Below, piece by piece: positions 24,312 to 36,000 of a stretch of 64,000 nucleotides of DNA. Positions within the stretch are counted from its first letter, which is position 1. Every line of letters begins with the position of its first letter. Location: the NCBI GenBank assembly GCA_010015585.1, contig ML975154.1. One strand, given 5' to 3'. The DNA is from Eremomyces bilateralis CBS 781.70. Its lineage: Eukaryota. The notes beneath the pieces are model-generated. The model searched no databases. It was not told the DNA's origin and saw only the letters and a program-made list of their open reading frames with translations. Made by a program: the position numbers and the translations under genes.

Positions 24312-25269
24312 ATGCATCGCTTCTCGATTTGTATCTTCGTTCTGTGCCTTCTCTCAGATCTGGTGGCCTCCGATGCGCTCCACGCGCGGAACCCACAGAT
24401 CACCTCCCCAGCATTCCTCCTCGACAAGCGGCAAGCCATATGCCAACAACCATCCGATACCATCTGCCCCGACATGACCGGTACCAATTCCTCCCCCTCT
24501 AACCCCTCTTCCCCAACTAACCTCCCCAGGCTGCTGCCCCCTCAACGCCCCATGCACCCGCACCACCTCCAACATCCCTCTCTGCCAAACCACCTGCCTC
24601 TCCGCCCTCCGCTGCTCCCCCCCTTTCACCAATCTCTGCTGCCCCTCCGGCTCCACCTGCGACCCCGCCAACCACGGCCTCTGCGCACCCACCCTCGTCC
24701 TCGGCCGCGCATCCCTCACCTCCCCTCCCGCCGTCCGCGCCACACTTACTGGCACCGGCACCGCCACCCCCAGGGCCACCGCAGGCGGCGTCGGCGACCC
24801 GTCCGCAGAATCCCGCTGCCGCGCCCGCGGCGGCGCGTGCATCCTCGTGGACTCCTGCAGCGAGCAGGGCGGGTCGTCGACGGCGGGGCTGTGCCCCGGG
24901 GGCGTGGACGTGCGGTGCTGTTCGCTGCCGTTGGACGAGAAGTGCGGGGGGCGGGGCGGGGCGGGGTGCGTGAGTACGGAGTTTTGCGCGGCGAAGGGGG
25001 GGGAGAGCGTGAGTGGTCTGTGTGGGGGCCCGGGGAATATTCGGTGTTGCGTTGGCGGGGCGGCGGGGAATGGCACTGGAAATGGGACGACGTTGTCGGT
25101 GAATAATCGGACGACTAGTACGGTGGGGGGGACGAGGTCGGTTGGGGTGACGAGTTCGTCGGAGCGGGCGGGACCGTCGTCGAGCGTCGTGGGAGGGGGA
25201 TTGGTGGGTATCAAGACTTGGGGGATGGAAGCTGTGGTGGCTCTAGCGGGAGCGGTGGCGATTCTATGA
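24312..25269 (+). CDS. Secreted, probably GPI-anchored cysteine-rich protein, 1 intron (24481-24529)
   Basis: Signal peptide MHRFSICIFVLCLLSDLVAS and Kex2-like DKR site. Splicing joins CPDMTG|CCPLNAPC... in frame to the 24847-25269 ORF. Two six-Cys modules, an S/T/G-rich stalk and a hydrophobic C-terminus (AVVALAGAVAIL). Confidence 0.78.
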
Positions 25270-25758
25270 AGTCGTTCTGGCGGATTGAAAAGTTTCCTTT
25301 TGAAGGATTACTAGTAAGGATGTTATGAATAGAATACCCTGGAAATTTAGCTTCTTTTCAAAATGAAGTCGACGTAGAAACGACAATAAAATATCCAGAA
25401 AATTGACACAGGGCGCAGTATGCCTCTTGGAAGCGGAGAACGTGATTATGCCGTTATAAACATCTATTCCCCTTGATGGTACAAATGCAATACAAAGGAC
25501 AGAATTTAAGCTAGTAAGACAGAATAGGAAAATAACCAAGGAATTTTGGCCACATCGCAATAGGTATCGCAGTGGCTACAGACAGCCGTTATCGTCCGGA
25601 TATGAGCCCCATTATGCCCCGAGAAAACACCCCCTCTTTACCATTCGTCTCACTCCGAGCGCCAAGTGGAAGACAAAGGCCGGACGAAGGCTGGTCCTTT
25701 CACAGGAACAAGTCCAGACAAGCGATACCACTCACATCCTCGATCCCCCTTCACGCAT

Positions 25759-26916
25759 TCATGCGAGGGTATTCTGCTCATCCTGCGCGGCGGGCGCCGT
25801 CTTCGCCCTCGCCGAAGTCTCGGCATAGTTGACCCTCAACGTACGGTCATACACGAGCTTGTTATCGAGCACCGCCTTCGCCGATGTCGCGCTCTCCGTG
25901 TCGACGAAGTCGGCATGCGCAAAGCCGCGCGGGTGGCCGGTGGCGCGGTCGATGGCGACTCTGACGTCGAGGACGTTGCGGATGCCGCGGAAGAGCTCGG
26001 TGAGGTCCTTGTCGGTCATCTGCCACGACATGTTGCCGATGTACAGGGTGCGGGACGGGGGGAATTCGGGGCGGGGGGTGGTGTGTTCGCGCCGTTGGCG
26101 GGGTTGGCTGGACGAGGTGCCGGTGCGGTGGTGGACGATCATGATGCGGCCGGCGACGATCTTCTCGTTCATGGCTTCGATGGCAGCGTCGGCTGCTTCC
26201 TTGGTCTCGAAAGACACGAATGCGAAGCTGGGTTTCGTTAGCTTGCCAATCCTAGCTGCTGGGCGCATATCGATGCTAATGGAGTTCTCACCCTCTTGGT
26301 AGACCACGGTGATCTTTGACGATGGTGCATTGATTCAACGTTCCAAACTCGCTGAACATTGTGCTGAGTTGATCATCGGTAACTTCGAAGTTCAAATTTC
26401 CGATGTAAAGGGTGTGTTTGGGAGCGTTAGACCTCGGGGCCCGCTCCTGACCGACGGCAGAGGCTGCGATAGTAGCGCGTCCTTCAACGTCTCCCAAGGC
26501 ATCTAAATGGCAAATGTGAGTAACGAGTCGTTTCAAACAGGAGATAATTACTGACCTGAGGTAGGTTGCTCTGCAACGACGGTCTCTGCTTGCTCAGCGG
26601 GCGTCAGAGTGGAAGTCTCGGCGGCCAGCGCATCTGACGTTGCCTTCTCAGCAAGCTTCTCTTCATCTGTCTTGACAGCCTCATCACTGGCAAATCGTCT
26701 TTGGATCAGCGACGTGGCGATTGAGAGGCGTGTCCGCGGAACAGTCGCATTGACAGTGGTGATGGGACGAATGTTTCGGGGAGCAGAAAGGTTGACCTGT
26801 CGGGTAGAAGTAGACACTACCCGGAAGGCAGCACGTCGAAGGAAATGCCTTTCGCCCGTTAGTCGCAGCCATTTCACGCGCAGGCGTTGCATGCGATATC
26901 AGGGTTGAACTTACAT
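25759..26916 (-). CDS. Two-RRM RNA-binding protein with a mitochondrial-type presequence
   Basis: Spliced start MHFLRRAAFRVVSTSTRQ (Arg/Ser/Thr-rich, no acidic residues). RNP2 TLYIGNL and TLYIGNM; RNP1 RG|FAFVSF and RGFAHADF. Confidence 0.85.
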
Positions 26917-27338
26917 GATGGACGACTTGGATCGGCGGAATTAAACTTTCAATGAGTGCAGAAGGATAAAGATATGGAAGACAAGAGACAATTCCGTCGC
27001 GCTGGCCGGATGAATCCCTAAAAGTGAATGAAAAGAGAGGCTCTGATTGATGGATGAAGAATTGAAGATGGCAAAGATTCACGAACGATTTAATCATGAA
27101 CTCGAAACTGAACTTTTCCAGATGCGCTAAGACGGATGCGGAAGTCCAAACACGTGATCCCAGCCACTCTCCCTGCCCCGCGATTGGTTGATGGAGGTGA
27201 AGCTTGTCTGGGTCTCCAACATCGACGGCGCCTTTGTCTACCGTTCTGTAATACTGCAAATACGTCTACTCAAAACGGCCATTTCTTTTTTCCAGAAAGT
27301 CAATTCAGGCATCTCTATACCTTCCCGAAGAACAAATT

Positions 27339-28539
27339 ATGAATCGGAGTCGAGGAAGAGGACGTGGTGGGTATCAATTCAACCGATTAAGACCGCGGGG
27401 TCAGTTCCAGAACGGAGTTTGGCATTGTAAGTTCAGTCCGCCCTACATCGTGGACCACGATATCACATTTTCGGCAGATATCTAACAAGATAACAGGCGA
27501 CTGCGACCCTCGACTCCCCGCTGAATACTTCCGAGTCCGCAAAGAAGGCCGCAACCAAGGCCGCTGGTTCTACACCTGCCAGCAGCCTGAAGGCGAGCGC
27601 TGCGGCTTCTTTCTATGGGAGACCGATGCGAAGCCTCGCGAGGCGCCCGCCATCCTAGGCGATTCACGAGAGCCGGCACCTGCTGCACCCAGCCCGCCGC
27701 GAGGGGAGACAATGCGAAGTCCGCCACCCCCGTACCAGCCGGTGGAGCAAACCGGACCGGGTGTGGAATCGGAACATCCGGAGACCAACGAGCACTCGAC
27801 CCCGTCGGTCTTCCGATCGAATGGAGAGGGTTCGAATTGGAGACCGGATCAGCGGGATGATGATCGCCATGCGGACGCCCGGAGCTATTCACGATCGAGG
27901 AATGAGCGCGACGACACGACTTCTACGCATCATCATAGTCCATACGAGACCCCAACTGGAAAGCGCAAGTGGGATGCCTACACGCGTGATGAGGCTGGAG
28001 GTAATGGAATAGGACTAGAAACCCCCATCACCGGCACCACTGGCGGTCGATTTCGAGACGCAGAGGCCTCCTCAAGCCCATCGAAACGCCTTTTTGTACC
28101 CGATTCCTTTGACCTCGAAGATGATCTATTCCCGCCCACCCCTAGCCCCGTCCGGACCCGAGGCGCATCAGCCACCGCAATTTCGGGTTCGGTGCACACC
28201 ACGCCTTCGAAGCACGCCCATCCTAGTATCATCGGAGAGCTGGACGGCATCGTCAAAGACCTGTTCCACACCTTCCAAGAGATCAACGCAGCACGATATG
28301 ACGGCCCAAACTCGCCATCTGCGGAACGAGTGAAGCGATCCCTGATGCCGTGGGCCATGCGGATGGAGGGGGTGATCCGAGGTCGGGAGGTGTCTCGGCT
28401 AGCCGTGAAGGCGAAGGATGCGAAGATCGTGGAACTGTCGCATCGGATCACGACGCTCGAGGCGGAGCTGGAGACGGAGAAGGCGATTGTGCAGCAGTTG
28501 AAGTGGGAAAGGGATGCGTTGGATTCTCAGCAGCATTGA
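27339..28539 (+). CDS. GRF-type zinc-finger protein with C-terminal coiled coil, 1 intron
   Basis: Exon 1 MNRSRGRGRGG...GQFQNGVWH, then C|DCDPRLPAEYFRVRKEGRNQGRWFYTCQQPEGERCGFFLWE (zf-GRF). Continues in frame into the 27712-28539 ORF, which ends GVIRGREVSRLAVKAKDAKIVELSHRITTLEAELE. Confidence 0.85.
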
Positions 28540-29286
28540 TATTAGCGAAGCGAGTTTGGATATGGAAGCGAGATACCCCTCGTGCCCCTCTTGCGTTGGT
28601 CACGAATTGATGATCTAGTTTAGTGAATGATTACGACACATTTCGAATTTGGTTCGAGAGTTGGGTTACAAATTGTTCGAAGAGAAGTGTCGCGCCATCA
28701 TAGGTAGATGTTAGGATGCGAGTCCGGGTTGCTCGAGTACTGGAAGAACCGCCACTAGCAGTAGCACCTGTCACATGTGAGTTTATGTTGAGGCCCTTCA
28801 CATTGCAAAAGAGGTCTTGTACTGACATCGAAATCCACATCGAAAGAAGCGGCGTCGGAGCAGACCATTGCCGGAATACACTACTGAAAGCTGATATACT
28901 CCGTAGAGCAGAGCCGAAGGAGGCTCAAGGGTCAAGACTCAAGCAGCCCCCCCTACCTGTATGGGTTGAGAATGTGGGCCGTTCCTTAGTTCAGTGGTAC
29001 ATCAAGAAATCCAACCAATCAGCAGCTCAAAATTAACCCCAAAGATCGAGATTTTGGCGGGAGGATCCGCATGCGTGCTGGACCCTGGATCGAGTCCCTG
29101 CATATAAATCACTATTAGTGCTTCACCAGTCACCACTTACCTTCGATAATCCTACCTGATCCCTTCATATTTCTTCTTCCTCTAAGCCAACTTGTGAACT
29201 TAATGCTTCTCCTCAGGGATTCGTGAGTGACCAATTGCAAACACCCCAATTTCACACTACCAACACTCACCATACAACACTCATTG

Positions 29287-30570
29287 ATGTCCACAATGCC
29301 AGACCCTCAGGGAATGAAGCAGAACGTCAATCGCTTAATCGAGCGTCCATCTCAAAAACGAATTGCCTCAGGCTCTTCTCCTGACAGACGCCTCGCAAAA
29401 ATCAAGCGACGACATGCCTACCTCAAGATCCAACCACTGATGGAGACGGAGACGCACCAAGCGCATTGCCAAGTAACCAGCCGATGAAGGTTGAGAATCC
29501 GGAGATCAAGACCACTCCCAGAGAGATGTCGAAGCTAGAAGCCTCCAATTCAGCGGCTCGCCAATGCTCGGCGAAACCAAGCAAAATGGTGCATCATCAT
29601 TCGGAACTGTCGAGTCCGGACATGAAAACAGTATCCCTGACACTGCTGGAGACCCCCAGAGTGCGCATGGTGTACCTAAGAGTACCTTGGGTCTTGCAAT
29701 GGGCGAACCAGTTACTGATAGTGCAGTCATTCTTGCAAATGAGACAACCGAATCTTCGCCGGAGAGTGTATTCTCGAGCTGTAATCAGTCCGACGAAACA
29801 CACTTGACATCTGAAAACGACGAGTCATGCAGCGCTGATATTGATATCGGTCAGCATATTAAGTCGAAAAAGAAGGTTCAGGCACGCAAAAGCACGGAGC
29901 CACATTTCCGATCTTGGGCCAGAGGGAAGAGCCCCATGGGACCGAATTCGTCCGTTTTGGCAACCGTCCGCATGGCTTCGATGAAAATGCAGCGAATGAG
30001 AAGCTGTTCGACGGGTTTCGAGAATGTATTCTGCACCAGTGCAACCATCCTGACGATGCACATTCGACAAAGGTGTTTCACTGGTATTATGGATATCCTG
30101 CTTGCAAAAGAACGGCATAGACTTACCACTTTAGCAAGGCTTACGAGACCATCAATCAGTGGTGGAAGAACCGTGGCCTAACATTCAGGGGGAATGATGA
30201 GCAAGAAATGCACACGCGAGATCACTAGGAAGGCAAACAATGCTTTCTTAGGTCGGCCAGAAAATTGGTCTGTCGACCAGAGAGGTATGTGGTAATAAGT
30301 AGGCCGAATGGTCCATATTAGGTGAGGTATACTAGGCAGCAAAGAAGTCGGGAGGCACTCCGGGTCGTAGGCGCATGGCGCATGGGATCCTTCGGAATAG
30401 AGACCTTCTCGACACCAATTCGTTGAGGCAAGGATACGCGAGTGGATCGATAACCAAAGTCTACTTTTACTGGACGGTACATGCCTATCACTCATCGTTC
30501 TAAAGTGGCGAGCGGTTCCAGATTTGAAAAAGAGAGATGTCATTGAGGAAATATAAGCTAGTCCGGCTGC
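29287..30570 (+). pseudogene. Probable frameshifted/degenerate gene of unknown family
   Basis: Overlapping + ORFs in successive frames (29227-29487, 29466-29807, 29564-30181, 29914-30120). Protein-like text continues past stops (YYGYPACKRTA*TYHFSKAYETINQWWKNRGL). TATAAA at ~29104. Confidence 0.35.
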
Positions 30571-30647
30571 TGTCATATCGCATAACTAATCCAATATTAA
30601 TGCGTACAATCATGATTTAATCAATAGAAATGCTCCAGTGCAACCTT

Positions 30648-32314
30648 CTAAGCCAGCGCCCCCATCGGATCCCACAAATTCAACACCTTCGGCGTCTGCC
30701 CCAACACCTTCTTCACCTCCTCGCTCACGAACGCCGGATCCACCACCGCCTGATAGACAAACTCATTCATCCACGCATCCGACATGACGAAGTATCCCTT
30801 CTCCCCCGCCGTCTCCGACCACGAGTTCTCCACCCTCCACCGCACCGCCTTCCCCTCCACCACATGAACCCCCGTCAACACCATCGCATGCGTCATCGCG
30901 CTTTCCCTCGTCATCAGTCGCTCCGCCTTCGTCAATCCCAACTGCACGTTGAACCCCAGTTCGTAATCGTACAGCGCCGTGTCCATGATCCCCTTGCGCG
31001 AGTCGCTGTATTTCCCGACGTCCGACCCGAAGAACACGGGGATCCCGCGCTGGATCATTTTGACGACCGCCGCTTTCATCGTCGCCATGTCCACGTTCAC
31101 GTACGTGATCGGCCGCCCGCCGTGCACGTTGCCCAGGCGGTTGACAGTGAGAAGCCGGCCGTACTCGTTCCGCGGGTCGTTGACGAGGCTGAACAGCTTG
31201 TGGACATCGGTCCCGGCGCATGCGCGGACGGCCTTGGAGTCGGAGAGCTGTTTCGAGAAGTCCTTCGGTGTCGCCTTGAGCGACTGGAACGCGCCGTCCT
31301 TGTCGTGGTATTCCCAGGTGAACGTGGCGGTCGGGCTCGGAGGCGGCCCGAGCATGACAGTGAGGATCAGGTGGATCTCGCGGAGCATCGTGTCTTTGGT
31401 GGCGGAGATGGAAGAGCGGACGGAGGGGTCTTTGGACTGGGACATGGCGCGGAGGCGGATGCCATCTTCGCGGAGTTTGCTGGTGATGAGGCCGTTCATG
31501 GCGGAGGAGTTCATGGCGTTGAAGGAGTCAGGGTAGAGGGATTGGGGGATGAGGCCGTATTTCTGGACGAGATTGGCGACCATATCCCATTGTCTGCTCG
31601 GCGTCAATAAACGATCAACGTAAGGGGTCGACTCGTGTTACGTACCCGCCATCACCGACCGGACTCGACAGCAATTCCTGCACCAGCCGCCCATCCAACG
31701 GCTCCTCCACCGTCTCCAGCACGTTCTCCAGGAAGTAGTTCGCCTTCTCCAGCTTGTCCCAGAAGAACAGATATGCCTGGCTCAGCTCGAACTCCTTCAG
31801 CTTGTACCGCTGCATGATGGCGACGCGGAAGACGTTGGTTGCGGCGAAGAGCCAGCATCGGCCGGACGAGCGCTGGTTCGTGACGGGGCTGCCCTCGAAG
31901 GGGATCTTGATGTTGAAGTTCTGGGCGTCGGAAATGGTGACGGCGCGGGAGCGGAGCACGTCGTTCGCGGCGTTGGAGGACAGGGCCGCGAGGGCGAGAC
32001 GGTTCTATTGCGATCTGAGCAAATGGAGTGTCGGCCATGATGGAAACCATCGTACCTTAGGGTCTTCTAAGAGCTCCTTCTCCCATTGTTCGGCAGCGGA
32101 GATCGACAAGGAGGTGATTCGAGGAGAATATGCGGGGGCTAGACGGAGTCAGTACCACGCTGAGAATTTCACGTATAGAACTCTTACGGTCTCCTCTATC
32201 CACCGAGATGTAGTCGCCCGTTGACCCGGCGTCTTGCAACCGGATCATACGGAGCCGCTCCAGGAGCTTCTCCTCCGACGTCTGCTCTGGCGCTTTGCTC
32301 TGAGCGGAACCCAT
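30648..32314 (-). CDS. LAP3: Bleomycin hydrolase / cysteine aminopeptidase (peptidase C1B), multi-exon
   Basis: Catalytic motifs NQRSSGRCWLFA, MTHAMVLTG and WRVENSW; ELSQAYLFFWDKLEKANYFL; DGG|QWDM; C-terminal WDPMGALA. Confidence 0.95.
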
Positions 32315-33068
32315 GGTGAGGAGGATCAGTACCTATTCAGTAATAGAATCTAGCAAATGGAGACAGAACAAGGAGAATCCGGCGTGAATATCTATCTCTT
32401 GTCTAGACGTTGGTTTGAATCAAAGTGGTAATCGTGAGTCAACCTTGTGATCAACTCCGCCGCCTCTTAAGTCGGATCTGAACCCGCGATAAGAAGGTGG
32501 CTGGACCCTGGTCTCCCCTTCCCTAGTTCCTTATTGCGTATGCGGGGTTCGGGCATCACCTGTTCACGGTGTCTCCAGAAATGAAAGCGCAATGCACTGC
32601 GAACAAGAGTATCGTTGTTCCTTCAGACAGAATGTCTCTTAACCAAACGGATCAGGGTCTCTAGGAGCATAGACACCTAGAAGCAAACCGTATTATAAAT
32701 GCAGACTAATCACCAAGTCCACAGCACGCAATAGAATGAGCGGAAGGAATCCGAATCAGTAGGATAGACATTATACTAATTGAAGCAATTATACAGCCAT
32801 TGAGAATTGCGTCCATCCGACGACAGACAATCAGCTCAGCGGGGGGTATATAAATATCGATGTACAAATGAAACGCACGAATGCGCGATCCTTCGTTTCC
32901 GTCGTTCTTCATACAGTTCATGGATCATCCATTTCCATCCAGCTTCCACAGATCTTCCTGTACATTACGCTGCCGTCCTGTAACTCTTCGCCTCCCAATT
33001 TCTCCTCCATCCGTCATGCTCACTCAACCCCATTCACAACCACCCTCCTCTCACATCTACCAACCACC

Positions 33069-36000
33069 TCACCCCCTCAGCTTCCCCCTCTTCCAAAAGC
33101 TCGTCTTCTCCCTATCCTTTTTCTCCACCTTCGCCGCCGCACCACCATCCCCCTTCCGCTCTACCGGCGGCCCCGAATTGCGCAGGAAGTCCGCCAACTC
33201 ATTCGTCGACGACTGCCGACCCGCCCTCGCGTCCTTCGCCGCCACCTTACTCCTCCCCATCATCCCGATCATGCGTCCGCCCTCCTCGCGCGACGGCCCG
33301 GGAATCACCCCACCTTGTCCCGCGCCACGACTCGAAGGCACGCCGGCCCGTGGGGATAGCGCGCTCGGCGCGTTCCCCGCCGGCGGCTCGGCGCTGCGGA
33401 GGAAGTCGGCGAGGCTCTCTTCCTTGCGCGGCGGCGGGCGCTTCGACGAAGGGTTGATGAGCAGCTCACCGTCGTCGTCATCCTCTTCTTCGTCAGAGAA
33501 GTCGATGGCGTAAGGGTCTTTGATGCGGCGGCGGGTGCGCGGGGGGAAGCCGGAGCCGCCGGGGGGCGCGAGGGTGGCTTTCGGGGAGGGTGCGGATTGC
33601 GCGGGGGAGCTAGCGAGAGAGGATTTGTAGGGTGGATTCCCGCGAGATTGCAAGGAGGAGCGAGCAGATGGCAACAGCGGGGCCGCGGAGCCGTGGGACG
33701 GCGCGGCGGAGAAGCGGGAGTTCACGGTGCTGGCCATGGAAGTGTGCGGGGAGGCGAATCCACCGGTGGCCTCCAGCTGGCCTAGATCATCACTGTCCAT
33801 CGTCGTTCGGAACGGCGCGACCGCTCGGGGAATGCGGTGGCGGCCTTCGCCATTGGCGGCGGGCGGGCCTTGGCGTATGAAGTCGATGAGATCGGAGCTG
33901 CCATCGTTGGATGCGACCGCAGCGGATCGGGCCTCCAGGTGGGGCTTGCGTCGCGTCGGGACACTGGTTGCTGTTGCGTCAGATTGGCTGCGTGAGAGAC
34001 CCAGGCTGCTGTTGGAGGCGGAAGTGCTACCGAAGGTGCTCCTATTGGCACTGAATGTGCTGGGTTGGGGTGACCTAGCTGCCTTCATGCTGTGCCGCGG
34101 GAGTGCCGACGGATCGACCAGCGGTTGAACGATCTGCTCGCCGTACGGCCCCGTGCTGCGGATGAAATCAGCGAAGTCGCGCATCGACTCGGACTGGATG
34201 CGCGGCTCGCGGGCGAGGAGGCCGGCTTTGGTGGAGCTGGAGCTGCTCGGAGGTGCAGGACGCGAGACGGGAACCGGTCCCCTCGACTTTGAAGAACTAG
34301 TAGAAGAAGGATCCGGAGACGGAGACGACACGGGAGCCTTGCCAACAGAAGCCTTTGACGAAGGGCGAGGAGGGACAGCAGCAGGAGCATTCGTCGGTCC
34401 GCGTGGAGGCAAACTTTCAATGTCCTGCATCGCCGGCGACACCAGCTTGAACTTGACGGTGTCCTCACCCGCAACCAAGGCATCGAAATCCCTAGCCCTC
34501 GCCTCTGTGCTCTGTCTCGGATCCAGACTGCCCTTCAGGAGTCCGAAGCTCGTATCCGAGCCGTTTGTCTTGTGCAGCGTAGGCGTCGTCGTCGTGTGGA
34601 TTGACCCGGACCGACGGCCCGAGGGGGTCGACGATGCCGGTCGGTGCTGCGGGGACTCATTGATGGCAGTCTGGATCGAGGGAGCTCGAGGACGAGTGGA
34701 CCCGGCACTCGCGCTGCTACCTCGTCCGCTAGGAGCGGTATCAGCGGAGCGACGGGGAGATTCTCGGAAGTTCCTTGGGCTAGGAGCCGACGTGGGAGCC
34801 CACGCGGTAGCAGGACCCATATTCGGCGGTGAGTTCCTAGTCTGTCCGGTCGGGGTCGATGGCATGTCTCGAAGAGCTTGGCTAGCGCTTCTTGTCGCCG
34901 TCGTCCCGTCTCTACTGCTAACCAGAGCAGTCGGAGCCTGTTGCGAATGTGATGGATTCTGGGAGGCCCGATCGCTCGAGCGGCTGGGCACTGCGGGTTT
35001 TTGTTCTCCGCCGACGACATGCAGGGGCGTAACAATTCGCAAGGTCGTTCCCGTCGTGCCACTGCTTCCGCTGCCCGATGATATTGCACGTTGCGATCGG
35101 GGTCCTGGCTGGGGTGGCGCATGAAGCGGACGATCGCTTGGCGAATCGGTCCGGGCGCCCCTGCCGCCCTCAGACGGAATCGCATTTTCTGCCGCATCAG
35201 GGCCTGTGAAACGCGACCCCGCGGCGGACGCTGCACTTCTCGCAGGAAATTCGGGAGAGTCTGTGTTTCGACTCGCTGTTGCAATTACAGAATTTTCTTC
35301 TGCAGTGGCCAATGGGGCGGCAGTTGTTGCGGAGTTTTCGTTCGGGCTTGGCACGCTGCGAGGGATCGGCGGTGATACCGACGCCCTCATTCGTGCGCGG
35401 TCGGCAATCGAATCTGCCTTTTGTTTCGTCTTGCTGAAGCCCTGTTCCGCCTTAGGTGATGCGGAAGCGGGAGTCGGGATATCCGTGGTCCTCGCAACGC
35501 CGATGGCTTCGGGATCGTCCAGGGGAAGCGTTGGGGTGCTATCAATAGCAAGACCCTGGGGTCGCGCATGACCGAGCGGGGACTCCTCCGATGTTCTAGT
35601 GCTGCCCAGTCCTGCCGAAGCTGGTGCCGGCGGCCCTGGATAGGCGATATCTTCGGCAACTTCGTCGGGGAATTCCGAGATGTCGGGAGTGCTAGTATCG
35701 CGAGATTTCTTCGAGCGAATGCTGCCGGAATGCCTGGGAGTGTCGACGACCGCGGGAGGCGACGGCGGAACGCCTATAGAGACGCGCTTGATGTTCATAA
35801 CCACCGGTTCGGCCTCGTCGTCAGAGGTAATGCGGTAAGCGTCTTCAGCTTCTTCATCGGTTGACCCATCATCATCCTCTTCTGTCTTAGCCACAACTTT
35901 CGCGGCCCCTTCTTGTCCATCCACATTATCACCTCTGAACAATTCCTCCGTTGGCGTCATGAACTCCTCCCTTCCGTCATCTGTCTCTTCAAACAACGAT

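Noticed and set aside
24279..25106. 275-aa Arg/Pro/His-rich ORF
   Set aside because: It results from reading through the 24481-24529 intron. The spliced frame gives a coherent Cys-rich GPI-type protein.
30630..31610. 326-aa + strand ORF antisense to bleomycin hydrolase, and similar long shadow ORFs (34153-35124, 60809-61732, 61811-62836, 24354-25214)
   Set aside because: They are antisense or alternative-frame shadows of GC-rich real genes and show no recognisable domains.
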